Part shown: piece by piece, positions 1 to 12,830 of the stretch | How the letters are laid out: the number at the start of each line of letters is the position of its first letter | Numbering within the stretch: the stretch's first letter is position 1 | Assembly: GCF_006345805.1 (NCBI RefSeq) | Contig: NC_043005.1 | Coordinates: 82,212,001-82,276,000 of the forward strand | Direction: 5' to 3' | DNA: 64,000 nucleotides | DNA from: Octopus sinensis | Taxonomy: Eukaryota | Position numbers and translations under genes: made by a program | Notes under the pieces: model-generated | Databases searched by the model: none | What the model saw: only the letters and a program-made list of their open reading frames with translations | What the model was told of the DNA's origin: nothing

Positions 1-14
1 ATATCTATAATATA

Positions 15-64
<50 letters not shown>

Positions 65-402
65 GTATATATTATATATATATGTATATTATATATATGT
101 ATATATATATATATGTAGCTATATAATATATATGTATATATATATATGTATATATGTATATATGTATAATATGTATATATGTATATATGTATGTATATTA
201 TGATATATATATAGATATATGTATATATGTAATATATATATGTATATATGTATAATATATATCTGTATATATGTTATATATATATATGTATATATATATA
301 GTATAATATATATATGTATATAATTGTAATATATATATGTATATATATATGTATATATGTATATATATATAATATATTATGTATATATATATGGTATATA
401 TG

Positions 403-433
<31 letters not shown>

Positions 434-545
434 GTATATATGTATAGTATATGTACATATATGTATATATGGATATATATATGTACATATATGTATATAT
501 GTATATAATATATGTATATATGTATGTGTTTATTATGTATATTTA
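1..545. repeat. Compound (TA)n/(TATG)n microsatellite
   Basis: Direct reading; explains the YI-repeat ORFs. Confidence 0.95.
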
Positions 546-1732
546 TGTTTAATATCAAACTCGGTATGACAAGTAAAACAAAAATATAAAATTGATTGAT
601 TGCTTCTGCACTTGGTACCGCTGGTGCTGCTAGCATTTATTTTGTTGTTTGTGTTGTTGTTATTGTTGATTATGAATGGTACATCTTTTGAGGGTTTTGT
701 TGATTATGATGTTACTGTTGGTATTTATTCTAAAGAAGCACAATTATATTCGTGACGACCATGATAATGATAAAACTTGTTAGAAACTTCTGGAAGAATA
801 TACAATAAATAAGAAATACATCTCAATGTACACAGATACACACGCACACACACAGGTACTCACACACGCATGCACACACACACACACGCAGACACACACA
901 CGCACGCACAAACATATAAATATCAAAGAGATATATATTACAAATCCAGAATAAGTTCTATTGTAGATATATATTAAATTAAAAATATATTTATCTTTCA
1001 AAATATTCTTATGATCTGCAAAAGAGATTTATGAATAGTGAATATTGTATGGAGACGTGTAAATATGTAGTTGGTTTTAGTATGAAGCAAACATACAGAA
1101 CGATGTTTCATTCATAAATATTTTATCAAGAATACTCTTCTATGTGTATGAAAATATTTCTATCTTTATTTCGCTTTTCCATTTAGTGTATTATGTCTAG
1201 TGACTGAAATATTCGACATTTACACAGCCAGACCCATGAAATTATGTAAATATATAATGGTTATTTTATGTAAAGGAAGAAATAAACATACTTATAGTCA
1301 CATAAACTCGTCTACACACTCATTTATAATAATAATATATTTTGACATGAACAAAATAGCACAGTATTCAATACAATACTAAACCGAAATATGATACAAA
1401 CCGTCAATGATAACATATCGTTACTTTAAGTTCCATGACGAGCAAATCCTAGATAATCAGCTGATGAAAACCAGCAACCATATACTTGTGTATTGTCGAA
1501 ATATACTTGTCGCGTATTGCCGAAATGTAGAGACTCCAGGAATGCATCGTGACTGAAAACAACTTTAAGAAGCCTAGCCCATTAAATTGTAATATTGATG
1601 AGGTGGAGGTATGACACTTGGTTTTGTATATATATGCATATATATATATATACATGTGGGTCTGTGTTTGTATATATATATATGTAAATATATATCTATA
1701 TCAATATGTTTATATATATATACACCTATATG

Positions 1733-2125
1733 TAGGCGTGGTTGTGAAGTATTAACCTGTTTCTCTACCACATGGTACCATGTTCAATCTCACTGAGTGA
1801 AACATTGGGCAACTGTTTTCTACTATAGCCACGAGTTGTTCAATGCCTCGTGAGTGTGTTTGTTAGATGCAAAGTGAAAGAGGGAAGTCGTATTGATATT
1901 TATGTGTGTGTGTGTGTGTTTGTGTCTATGTTTGTGCCCCACGCTACCGGTTGATGACATTAGTAGGTTGTGTTGGTGTGTTTACGTCTTTATAACGTAG
2001 CGATTCGACAAATGTGACCGATGGAATAAGTACTAGGTTTTAATAGTAGATTTTGGGATTGATTCATTCTACCAAAAATTGAAGCCGGTACTACAACAGG
2101 GCAGCAGTCTAATGAGACTGAAACC
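1733..2125 (+). mobile_element. Degenerate tRNA-derived SINE, family A (CORE-like central domain)
   Basis: Aligns by eye with the better copy at 23348-23690: ...ttgggcaactgttttctactatagcc..., internal TG tract, gaataagtactagg, gactgaaac. Confidence 0.7.
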
Positions 2126-2159
2126 TCTGTTTTTTCGAAGTTAACAGTTAAATTATGTA

Positions 2160-2181
2160 TAAATATGCATATGTGTATGTG

Positions 2182-2224
<43 letters not shown>

Positions 2225-2302
2225 TATATAGATAACTATATATATGTATATATATGCATATATGTATATATATGTGTATATATATATATATATGTATATA
2301 TT

Positions 2303-2371
<69 letters not shown>

Positions 2372-2560
2372 ATATATATATATATGTATATATATGCATA
2401 TATATATATATATATATATATATGCATATACAAATATATATATATATATACATTTGTGTATGTATATATGTATATGCTCACATGTATGTAGATATATATG
2501 TATGTGTATGTCTATATATCTACATATAAATACATGTACGCACACACACCTATGTACCTA
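2160..2560. repeat. (TA)n/(TG)n microsatellite
   Basis: Direct reading. Confidence 0.95.
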
Positions 2561-3000
2561 TTTATGTAAGTTTAATATGTATAGTTGTTGATGCTGTTTA
2601 TTGTTGAAAGGTATTAAAGAATCCAATGGACCGAGTTTACAGTCATTAAAATATTGAAATATATAAATAAATTAAGTATTTGACACACCTCATTTCCATT
2701 AAGAAGTTTAACATTTTCATAAGATCAATTATATCCCGCAGTAAATCAATAACTTATCGATATTTTATAATGAATTTATAACCTCTTCTAAGGAATACGA
2801 CCGTAAAGCAATTTTGCGTATGGCTCTACTGTGAAAGCTCAGTCTGCGAAGAAAATGTATGAACGTGATTTAGCGCTGCACATAATTAACCCTGTCTGCA
2901 AATTTTGAGAATTTTGTAATAACTAAACAAGAAAAATTAAAAAGAACGATAAACGAAAGAAAAACAAAGGCGAAAATCAATTTTAGAATTAAATATCGGT

Positions 3001-3400
3001 CTTTTACTTGTTTTGATCGTTAAACCGCTGCTATACTGGGGCACCGCCTTCGGGGATTTTGATTCGAACGAATTGACCTCATTGCTTTTCGTTTTAAGCT
3101 TAGTAATTATTCTGCTAGGAACTTTTCCCGAACCGCTAGATTAAGGGGACGTTAACACACCAAAGCCGAATGCCAAGTGGAGGTGGGAAGCAGTCGTAGA
3201 TACAAAGAGATAGATGCATGCACACACACAAGCACACATACACACACGCGCACACGCATAAGCATATATACATGCGACAGGCTTTATTCAGTTTCTTCTC
3301 ACCAAATAGCCTCATGTGGCTTTGGTAGGCCTGAGGCTACACTAGAATTCACTTGCCCAAGATACCTCACAGTAAGTCCTGAATTGCATTATTACCATAT
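3001..3400 (-). mobile_element. Degenerate SINE family A
   Basis: Reverse-complement motifs cttttacttgttt, gaaccgcta...ggggacgttaacacacc, cacttgcccaag. Confidence 0.7.
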
Positions 3401-3415
3401 GATCTTTTAGTATAC

Positions 3416-3603
3416 AGAGGTTTCAAATTTTGTCACAAGGCTAGCAGTTTCGAGGCAAGAGCTAAGTCTCTTTTATCGACCCCAGAACTTGAAGGGATGA
3501 AAGGCAAAGTCGACATTGATGCTATTTGAACTCAGAACGTAAAAGTGATTGGAATATTGCTAAGCATTTTGTCCGGCGTTATGATGATCCTGCCACCTCG
3601 CTA
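3416..3603 (-). mobile_element. tRNA-derived SINE, family B
   Basis: atcgacccc...ggatgaaaggcaaagtcgac...tttgaactcagaacgtaa; the reverse complement contains the B-box-like gagttcaaat. Confidence 0.8.
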
Positions 3604-4868
3604 TCTTGATTTGACATATTAATTCATCTACAGTTTGGATTTTTCTCTTTTATACACTTCGTGTCTTTCCTCTGACATGTTTTCTGTTGGAAAATCGAAA
3701 TTCTTATAGAAACCTATCTCAAACTTTTATCTTATTTATATTTATCAGCACAATATATTATTTACATGATGTCTTTTGTATTATCACTAATTAAGAATTT
3801 TGAAAATCGCGCTGATATTGGTTATGTTCCGTTTATGTAATTAGCTGCCTGCTATAAACTGTATCGATTTAATTGATTATGTTATCGATTAAAACTTTAT
3901 GCCATGTGCTGTGACAAGGTAAAAATCAATAATTATTCCACACATCAGCAGTTCATCGCGTATAGTACAGTAGTCGACAGAAAGGCACCTAGTGTATGAC
4001 CGACCAAGTTAATTCTGGTCTCTCGGTAGAAAAAAATGTAATTTCGAGATGTTTGAAGTGAACAAAAAAAAAAAAGGAAAATCACATTTGTATGAAATAA
4101 TACGCTTATGAATCGTGCCCATTATAATATCAGTCAATAAGCCGTCCATACAATATGAGCGAGAGTCAAAGGTAACGTCGGTGTATTTTAAGTTTACGCT
4201 GTCGAGAGGCCATACGACAATGCTGTGTCGGGATTATCCGTAAACATTGTCATAGGAAATACTAATCTGCAAGGTTAGAATTCCATTTGGCGTTGCAATA
4301 AAAGGAAAGCATATTGAAATGATAGTTGATGAATATTCAAGGTAAACTTATCACAACTCAAGCTGCACAATATGTAATTTCACCATTATAATTAAGTCAT
4401 TGTTTATCGCGTTAGGAATCAAAGTTTCCTCACATTATATCTCGCAATCACTTAAATTTCCGTTTTAATAATCCTAGAAATCATATCTTTCGGAATGCAG
4501 ATAACCATTATGTATTCTCTACATGACTTCGTTAGACGAAAATGTGTGTATGTATAAAGTTATCTCAATGAGAAAACCACAGAAAATTACATTACACAAT
4601 CGAAACATTACTTAAAGCTTCAACAACCGACGAAAACGTGACGAGAATGGAATGCAGGTTCTGAGTGCATCAGAACATTGTGATATTCTCAGAGGCAATT
4701 ATTTTGCGATGTACAAAACTTGTCAGAAGTGTTTCTGATTGCGATGTACTTACTGCAACTATGTAGCTACATGTATGGAATGTGCTGATATCGACCTCAA
4801 AAGAGAAATATGCAACACGTGAATTTTCCTATGTTAAGGTTACGCTCACATTACATAGTAAATACCAG

Positions 4869-4969
4869 ATTTTTAAGTCACCGAATTTAAGCAATAACAA
4901 GGATATTGCTGAGGAGATTCTGAAGAAGAAATTATTTGGCTTCTTATTGCAGAGTATGTATTTACCAGA
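4869..4969 (+). other. Candidate internal exon (IFKSPNLSNNKDIAEEILKKKLFGFLLQSMYLP)
   Basis: cag acceptor at 4866-4868, 101-nt open frame, GTAAGT donor at 4970; weak pyrimidine tract; no homology recognised. Confidence 0.2.
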
Positions 4970-5177
4970 GTAAGTATTTATAATGTATTTTAATATCAAT
5001 TAAGTTTTTGTCTACAGAATTAAGCTACTGTCAGACGTTACATTATTAATACGTTCTTTAATGTTGTTATCAGTATAAGCAAAGCAATTTTGGCTATAAA
5101 ATATTAATCTCATTCTGATTTTTTCTATGTTAAGATTCTACTCATATTAACTTCTAAATATCTATTTCTTTATTACT

Positions 5178-5410
5178 CACAAGGGGCTAAACATAGAGGG
5201 GACAAACAAGGACAGCCAAACGGATTAAGTTGATTATATCGACCCCAGTGCGTTACTGGTACTTATTTAATCGACCCCGAAAGGATGGAACTCGGCGAGA
5301 TTTGAAATCAAAATATACAGGCAGAAGAGATTCTGCAAGGCATTTTATCAAGTGTTTTGTTCGGCATTTTGTCCGCAAGGTATTTTCTCCGACGTTATTA
5401 CGATCGTGCT
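5178..5410 (-). mobile_element. SINE family B
   Basis: atcgaccccagtgcgttactggtacttatttaatcgaccccgaaaggatg; a further degenerate copy follows at ~5450-5650. Confidence 0.8.
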
Positions 5411-5984
5411 ACTCAGTATCTGCACAATTATTTGAGAACAGTTTAAAATTTCAGTACAAGGCCAGTAATTGTTTGGGGAGGTCGTAATACCATCGACTTC
5501 AGTACCTGAAGGGTTCTTTCCATTATCTACCTGTGGCTAAATGTACATTTCAACTTGAAAGAAAGATGTGCAACTTTATCTACAGGCAGTATATAATCTC
5601 AAAACGGGAGAAATACTGCAAGGTATTTTCTGTGACGCTGTAACGATTAAGCCAATCTGTATATTAATTATTATTTCATAAGAAATTCAATGCAATTTCG
5701 ACTATGAAATGTTATTTTGATATTGTTTACGAATTCACATTTCTACAATATATTCCCTGGTATAACTTTTCAATAGATTCATGTATTAACTTCATATCTT
5801 TTAAACAGATAGTATAGAAGCCGTCTGCGACATTTTCCAATTTGACAGGTCAGACAATAGATACGAAACCCATTTCGAAGCATAATAAAAAAGTTATTGT
5901 CCTAACAGCAGGCAGCTCAACCAGTGAATTATAGTTTAAATTTACGCTTCTCCCCAGATACAGGCGCAACGTGTGTATGTGGAT

Positions 5985-6330
<346 letters not shown>

Positions 6331-6940
6331 GTTAACTGATCCTGTTGCAGAAAAATGCCTTATGGAATATATTTTATTCCAATATTCCTAGTAATAATGG
6401 CTTAATTAAATGTTTCTAATCTGAGACTGACATTTTCAATAAGATAATTTCATATTAATATAACGGTAACCTAAACTAGATTAGTATTAGATCTCATACT
6501 CTGATAGTAAATGTGAATTTTATTAGTGAGATGAAACGATAACTACTAAGCGAATACGTAGCCACCTTGTTATTTTTAACTTCCTAGAAATAGAAGCCAA
6601 AGAATACTTAAAACAACAGTTCCATTAGATAAGGCTGGTGGTTTCCATTTGGAAAGCCTTGGCAAAAGATATTTCTAGCAGCTTTAAGAACCGTTAAGCA
6701 AAAGTGACAACAATCAAGATGACGACGAATGGATATAATATAATATAATAAGTAAAACATACAAAAATGTAAAATACCTTACCGGTAAGAAATATTAATT
6801 CCTATAAATGAAGGGAACGTCTTCAATATCAGTAGGGTGCTAATGGATATTACAGTATTATAGTTGGTCTTTGACAACTGTCTCGTTTAATAGGATTTGA
6901 ACTCGAAATTTGTTGAAACAAAAGCAACGATAATACATAT

Positions 6941-7082
6941 ATACATGCATGCATACATACATACATACATACATACATACATACATACACACATACATAC
7001 ATACATACATACATACATACATACACACACATACATACATACATACATAATATATTATATATATATATATATATAATATATA
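6941..7082. repeat. (CATA)n/(TA)n microsatellite
   Basis: Direct reading. Confidence 0.95.
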
Positions 7083-7474
7083 TCTTTATATATAAAAGTG
7101 AGGTGTGTGTGCTGTCTGTCTCCTACGATTTAGATTCCTAACTACTCCCACATTTTGCGGTGCAGTTTAACCAAAACCAGGTATCTTATAGTCGTGATTC
7201 ATATCGAGCCCGTCTGGGTATTAGCGCGCGTCTACGATGAGTCTACGATTTAAAAAAATTACCATCAATTTTCCCCATTTTTAATGCATTTTTGGCATAT
7301 ATAAGGGACGTAACTCTCTAAAAAATTATTATTATATCTCAGAACGTTAAAAGCTACAGTACCCCCCCCCTTGTGGTTAGCCATATTGAGATGGCTATTA
7401 TACTTTACATCTCTAAAAATGCTTATATAGTTATTTCCCTTACAAACCCGAGCAACGTCGGTCGATACTGCTAG
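7083..7474 (+). mobile_element. Non-autonomous Helitron (~390 bp)
   Basis: 5' TC (tctttatatataaaag) after an A; 3' short hairpin ccga-gcaacg-tcgg about 9 nt before CTAG, followed by T; no TSD. Confidence 0.75.
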
Positions 7475-8489
7475 TATATATATATATAAATGAAACTCTT
7501 TGCTCATTCAAACATTATGGCTTGTAATACGCAGGTGCATGCATACACATTTATATGTCTTCATGTCTACATACGCCAAGGCAAACAGATAAAGAGATAG
7601 ATAAATAGACAGATAGCTAAATAGATAGATATATAGATAGATGTATTAGCATTTCAATGTTGAGTTAAGAATCTCTGTACATGGAAAATGGAACCAAGTA
7701 TTTAAACGCTGTCATTCGTAGGCTTATCGAATTTGAATATCTCTGTAACAGTAGCTTATTTCAGACTACAAATGATATGTCGTCGTAAACAACATATATA
7801 GGTATATATGAAATGTAAATACGAACGGAATAAAATAAATTTCGCGTAGATCGGACGAGTGGTTGTGGAGATATCAGGGATGTTCAAGATATAAATACCC
7901 GAAACGGTGCATAACAGGAAAATCCTCTGAACTTAAACTTAATCCTGATAGGGAAATTCTTACCTTTCGATTAGACACAGTGATTTGACAACGAACAAAT
8001 ACGATTTGCATTTTACAGTAAATGTTTCTATTTTCTCTTTTGTTAAACTCAATATTTTAATCATCTAGAAATATCTTTAAGGGAATGTGATTTCAAAAAT
8101 GTAAGTTGTTTGTACAGTAAGTATTTATATTTTAGCTTCCTTTAACAAGACAATATTTTAATGTTTTTAAAATTATTTTCAAGTGAATACTATAGAAGAA
8201 TGTTTTGGCATATTTAAAAAATATTTTAAAGTGAAAATGACATTAAAAATACGGTGAATATTTCGTAAAATACCCGTTCGTAACCTCGGTGTGAAATGAT
8301 TTTTTTCCATAGGTATTATTCGAGTACATTCAAGGTATCTCACCTCCAAATATTTGGATGCTATTTCTAGCACGCCCTGCAACCACGTAACAACTATTTG
8401 CGATAAAGGACCAGAAATACCTGTTGCAGGGTAGCAGGGAGTGCATAAAATAGCAGCCAAATCTTTCCTTTTCTGGGGAAAGGAGCCGT

Positions 8490-8545
8490 TTATGCGTGAT
8501 TTCGATGTCACATCCCAAAGGATGTGACAACGAAATCATACGTAA
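8490..8545 (+). other. 56-nt hairpin: 26-bp stem with 2 mismatches and 2 G-U pairs, 4-nt loop
   Basis: ttatgcgtgatttcgatgtcacatcc-caaa-ggatgtgacaacgaaatcatacgtaa, paired base by base. Confidence 0.85.
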
Positions 8546-8749
8546 AGCATTGAAAAAAGTATACTTCCGAGCTATATGGTTCCGGTTCTATAGCAGAATT
8601 GGTCTTGGGTACCCACACAGTACACAGTGTTGCACTCTGGGCAAGTGTATTGTTATATAGTCTCGGTCAACAAAAAGCTTGCGAGTGGATGTATGCTGTA
8701 GAAGGATATTGCACAAAAACAGTGATGTGGGCATATATATATATATATA

Positions 8750-9030
8750 TATATGTAGGTCCCGGGTTGATTCGGGGTTAACCACAGTAAATAAGGTACT
8801 CAATACATAGCAGAGTAAAATTAATTTATTATATAGAAGGAGCTTCTACAGGACTAGAACTGTTTCATTCAAGAGAAATCTTCAGGAAGCTAGTTAACAA
8901 GAATTGTATTGGCATTTATACATTTAGGCAGGTTTAAAGGGGTGTTGGTGGGGGACTTTTTGGGGGTAGGCATAGCGCAAAAAATCATACTTGGGGGAGT
9001 GGTCAAGGAGTCAGTGTTAAATTAGATAGG
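8750..9030 (-). mobile_element. Possible Penelope-like element terminal repeat with degenerate hammerhead-like motif
   Basis: Minus strand reads agcttc-CTGAAGA-tttctcttgaat-GAAAC-agttcta-GTC-ctgtagaagct followed by aataaa; stems are imperfect. Confidence 0.35.
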
Positions 9031-9033
9031 AGA

Positions 9034-9069
9034 ATAAAAAAAATAAAAATAAAAAATAAAAAATAAAAA

Positions 9070-9146
<77 letters not shown>

Positions 9147-9206
9147 AAATAAAAAATAAAAAAATATATAAAAAAATATAAAAAATAAAAAATAAAAAAT
9201 AAAAAA

Positions 9207-9282
<76 letters not shown>

Positions 9283-9290
9283 TAAGCATA
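9034..9290. repeat. A-rich (AAAAAT)n/poly(A) tract followed by (TA)n and (GA)n
   Basis: Direct reading. Confidence 0.95.
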
Positions 9291-9369
9291 CAGACAGCGA
9301 AGCATAAATACATATGTGTGAGTATGCGTTTGTATGCGGCGTGCGTGTGTGTGTTTGTGGTTGTGCCTT

Positions 9370-9450
9370 TGCATCCGTGTTTGTGACCCACAACCAACTG
9401 ACAGTCGGTTTTGGTGTATTTACGACCCCGTAATTTCAGAGTTCGTTAAA
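9370..9450 (+). mobile_element. SINE family A internal fragment
   Basis: gtgtttgtgacccac...ggtgtatttacgaccccgtaattt..gttcg. Confidence 0.5.
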
Positions 9451-11234
9451 ATGACAACATCTCATATAAGTTTGTGTGCGTGGGTGTATAACCTTTTCCT
9501 TTTTAGTAAAATATATATTCTACCGCTTTAATCTGATAAAATTCCTCGCAGTTATCCTGTGGTGGTGACAACTATAATTACTTGAGGCCTGATGAAAATA
9601 CAGTAATTATTGTTCTTTTTAGAAAATGAAAATCGAACGGAAACGAAATTGCTAGCAAACATCAGATATATAACTTTGTATATAGATACATATACATGAC
9701 CATTAAATTTTCATAAAATCACGTCTATATCTCTGTCTTTGACGGAGCATATAGTTTGAAATTCATAATAGTTTTTCTATGTTAATTGCATTTACACTAA
9801 CTGCATTTTTCCACAAAATTTAAATGGCTCTTGTTGGCACAAGATTTGGAAATAAGCCGAATAGAATTCCGCAGTGCATTTGCACCAGTATCTATGCCAT
9901 TATGGAAACCATTGTAAGCATTATAAAAGATAGTTATAATTGCGTTCCAAGCCGATTGCCGAGGCTATTTCTCTCCCTAATTGAAGTCAAATAACTTGTA
10001 TGATATCATCTTCTTTAGCAAAGCATAATGATGCATAGCAATAACTCCCATCATGATTATGTTTGGTTTCTGTTGCGACAAAATACAGAAAAAATTTATC
10101 CAAAGTAATTTGCAGATATCTTCACACAATGAATGATTAGAGAAGCCTGCGCTAAACAAGACAGCGTTTTCTGTATTGTGTTATTTAATAAGCTGTAGTT
10201 AACACAAATATTCATAAGACCAGTGCTTTCGTCGCTGATAGCAGTAGGAAGAATGTAGTATTAACGAGTGCTTCAATGGATTGTTACCTTCAAATTATCT
10301 TGGGACAAATGAATGAATTCATGGTGAAAACTTTTCAAAAGAGTGTCGTCGCATGGATGCTAAAGACATTCAGTTGTAACCAGTTAGGAGAACGACATAG
10401 AAAAAAAAATGCATGGTAACAAATTAATTCGAAGGTATTATTTTCCTCTTTAGCATTTTCCCGAACAATATAAGTATAGTTGCTCTCCGCGTGGGGTTTG
10501 TACTTATAAAAAATTACGTCGCTTAATCACTTTCACAATACCTTCTGAATTTGCATGCCGCCAAAGACGATTTCGCTTTCCAAACTTCTAGAGTTACGAT
10601 GATTAATTGTCAAGTCAAAACCTAGGTCGAATCCTAAATTCTTGGTTGTCTGTCAATGTTAGAATCCCAACTTTGATATCTAAAACATCTCGATTGAGGT
10701 CAGTGGTGTGTATGGCTACTCTGAAATTCACGATTCTTTAGTTTTGAGAACGTTTTACTATTTGTATTAATTTATTTCCCCATAGTTTTCACAAAGTATA
10801 CGCACCTAATGACGAATAGAGGTGTTGGCTTGTTGCGTATTGGAAGTGCATTATCTGCAAGTATACTTTACATCAATTCTTATTCAAACTCAATATAACT
10901 GGCGATTGTAGTTTCCTCTGCTACACGAGTATAATGTACAAACGAATTTATTCCTTAGCTCTTTATACTATTCAATCATCGCACCTAAATCCTAAAGAGC
11001 ATTCCATGTATAGAAAAATGACTTAGTGCTACAAACTTTTGAGTTTTCACTTTCATTTTGTGCATGTGTAAAATGTCTAACTCGTCGATCTGTAACTTGG
11101 GGAAAACTTCACTACTTTAGTTGTAACATTTTGCAGAATTCTCCCCCATTTTAAGTTTGAGTACATTCTAAATGGGATTAATAGTATCAACGTGTGTCTC
11201 CCTTTGTTACATTGTCTTCAAATTGGAGACAGTT

Positions 11235-11720
11235 ACTTTTCTCTCTTACTTGTTTCAGTCACTAGACTGCGGCCATGCTGGAGCAGCACCTTGAATAAGT
11301 TAATCAAACGATTTATATTTTTCGACTTCTTAGTTATTATATCGTACCCTGTTTTCGAACCGCTCAGTCACGGGGGACTTAAGCACACCATCACTTGTTG
11401 CCAAGTGATGGTGAAGGCCATGAACAGGTACAAAGTCGCAGCAACATACACAGACAGACAGACAGACAGACACACACACACATATATACATACATATATG
11501 CACGCACATATATATATACGCACACGTATATATGTGCGTGTGTGTGTATTTGTATAAACACCGGGCTTCTTTCAGTATCCGTCTACCAAATCCATTCAGA
11601 AAGATTTGGTCGGCCTGAAACTATTACCCAAGTTTCGGTCTGACAGTTACCCAAGACGCCATACAGTGGAAATGAACACGGAAACATATGGGTGGGAAGC
11701 ACACCTCTTACCACACCCCC
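11235..11720 (-). mobile_element. SINE family A
   Basis: ctcttacttgtttcagtc...gactgcggccatgctggagca; gggcttctttcagt.tccgtctaccaaatcc; internal CA tract. Confidence 0.85.
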
Positions 11721-12789
11721 ACAAGCAATTGTATAATAGAAATTACATAATACACTTTCCTGGTCATCTCTAATTAAATAAGGAGCCTGCCATAAGATGG
11801 TATAAAAGTGTGCTAGAGACACAAACAACACTTAAATCCATAAGAGTAAATTCGTCTTGATGAGGTCTACCCCAGTGTTTGTAACTTCTTAATCTGACTG
11901 CCTCACTGTATTCCTTTGCAACTGGCTAAATAATTAAAACTCATGCATACTGTCAAAGACACAGCATTACATAAGAGGATGTTTTAGATTATCCCCCTTA
12001 TTTATCGACTGTTTGTGACAAGATAAATCTGATAGCTGAGGATTTTTTTCAGCGGAAGAACATGGCTCTATACATTTTTTCGTTTCCAGTTGTCAGTTTC
12101 GTAACTGTCTGTTACTAATTACATCGGGAACTCGAAATCAGATTTTTGTTTATCTCACTTGGATAAATAATTTCCTCTGCACAACACAAATACGAAACTA
12201 ATTTTATCTTGTTTTGTTACTTATCAAAACATGTCTCATTTTCGAAGAATTTTTTTTTTAAATCCACACTTTCAGCAAGAGCGGTTATGAATTGGGTGAA
12301 ATCATAATGTTCTATTCGAAAATCAATATACGTCGTTATGTTAACCTTCAGGGGTTTATTTTATCTAAGCAAAAAACCCTTTTCTATCAACTTGCTACAT
12401 TATAAGAAAATAATCTCAATTGAAACATGATTTTCATATCTAGAAATATTTTCATCCAAAATAAAAGACACGGCAACAACAGCAGAGCAAATATTCAAAT
12501 AGAGAATTCATTTGAATATGCACAAAATGAAATGGATAATCGATTGGAAGCACCTTAGTGTATTGGTTGTTATTTTATCGATATCACTGAATTTGGAACT
12601 TAAAAAAACAAGATGAGATACTTAAAAATAGTGAGTTGTTTACTTAAGAGTTTTTTCATTCTCTGCAAAAATACTTATCATTGACTTATAAAATGATGTT
12701 TACTTGAAAATTTGAAGCTTGCATTTCTTGTGGAAAATAAATACTTTGAATGTTTGTTTTTGAAGAATATATTCCTTTCAGATGTTTCA

Positions 12790-12830
<41 letters not shown>

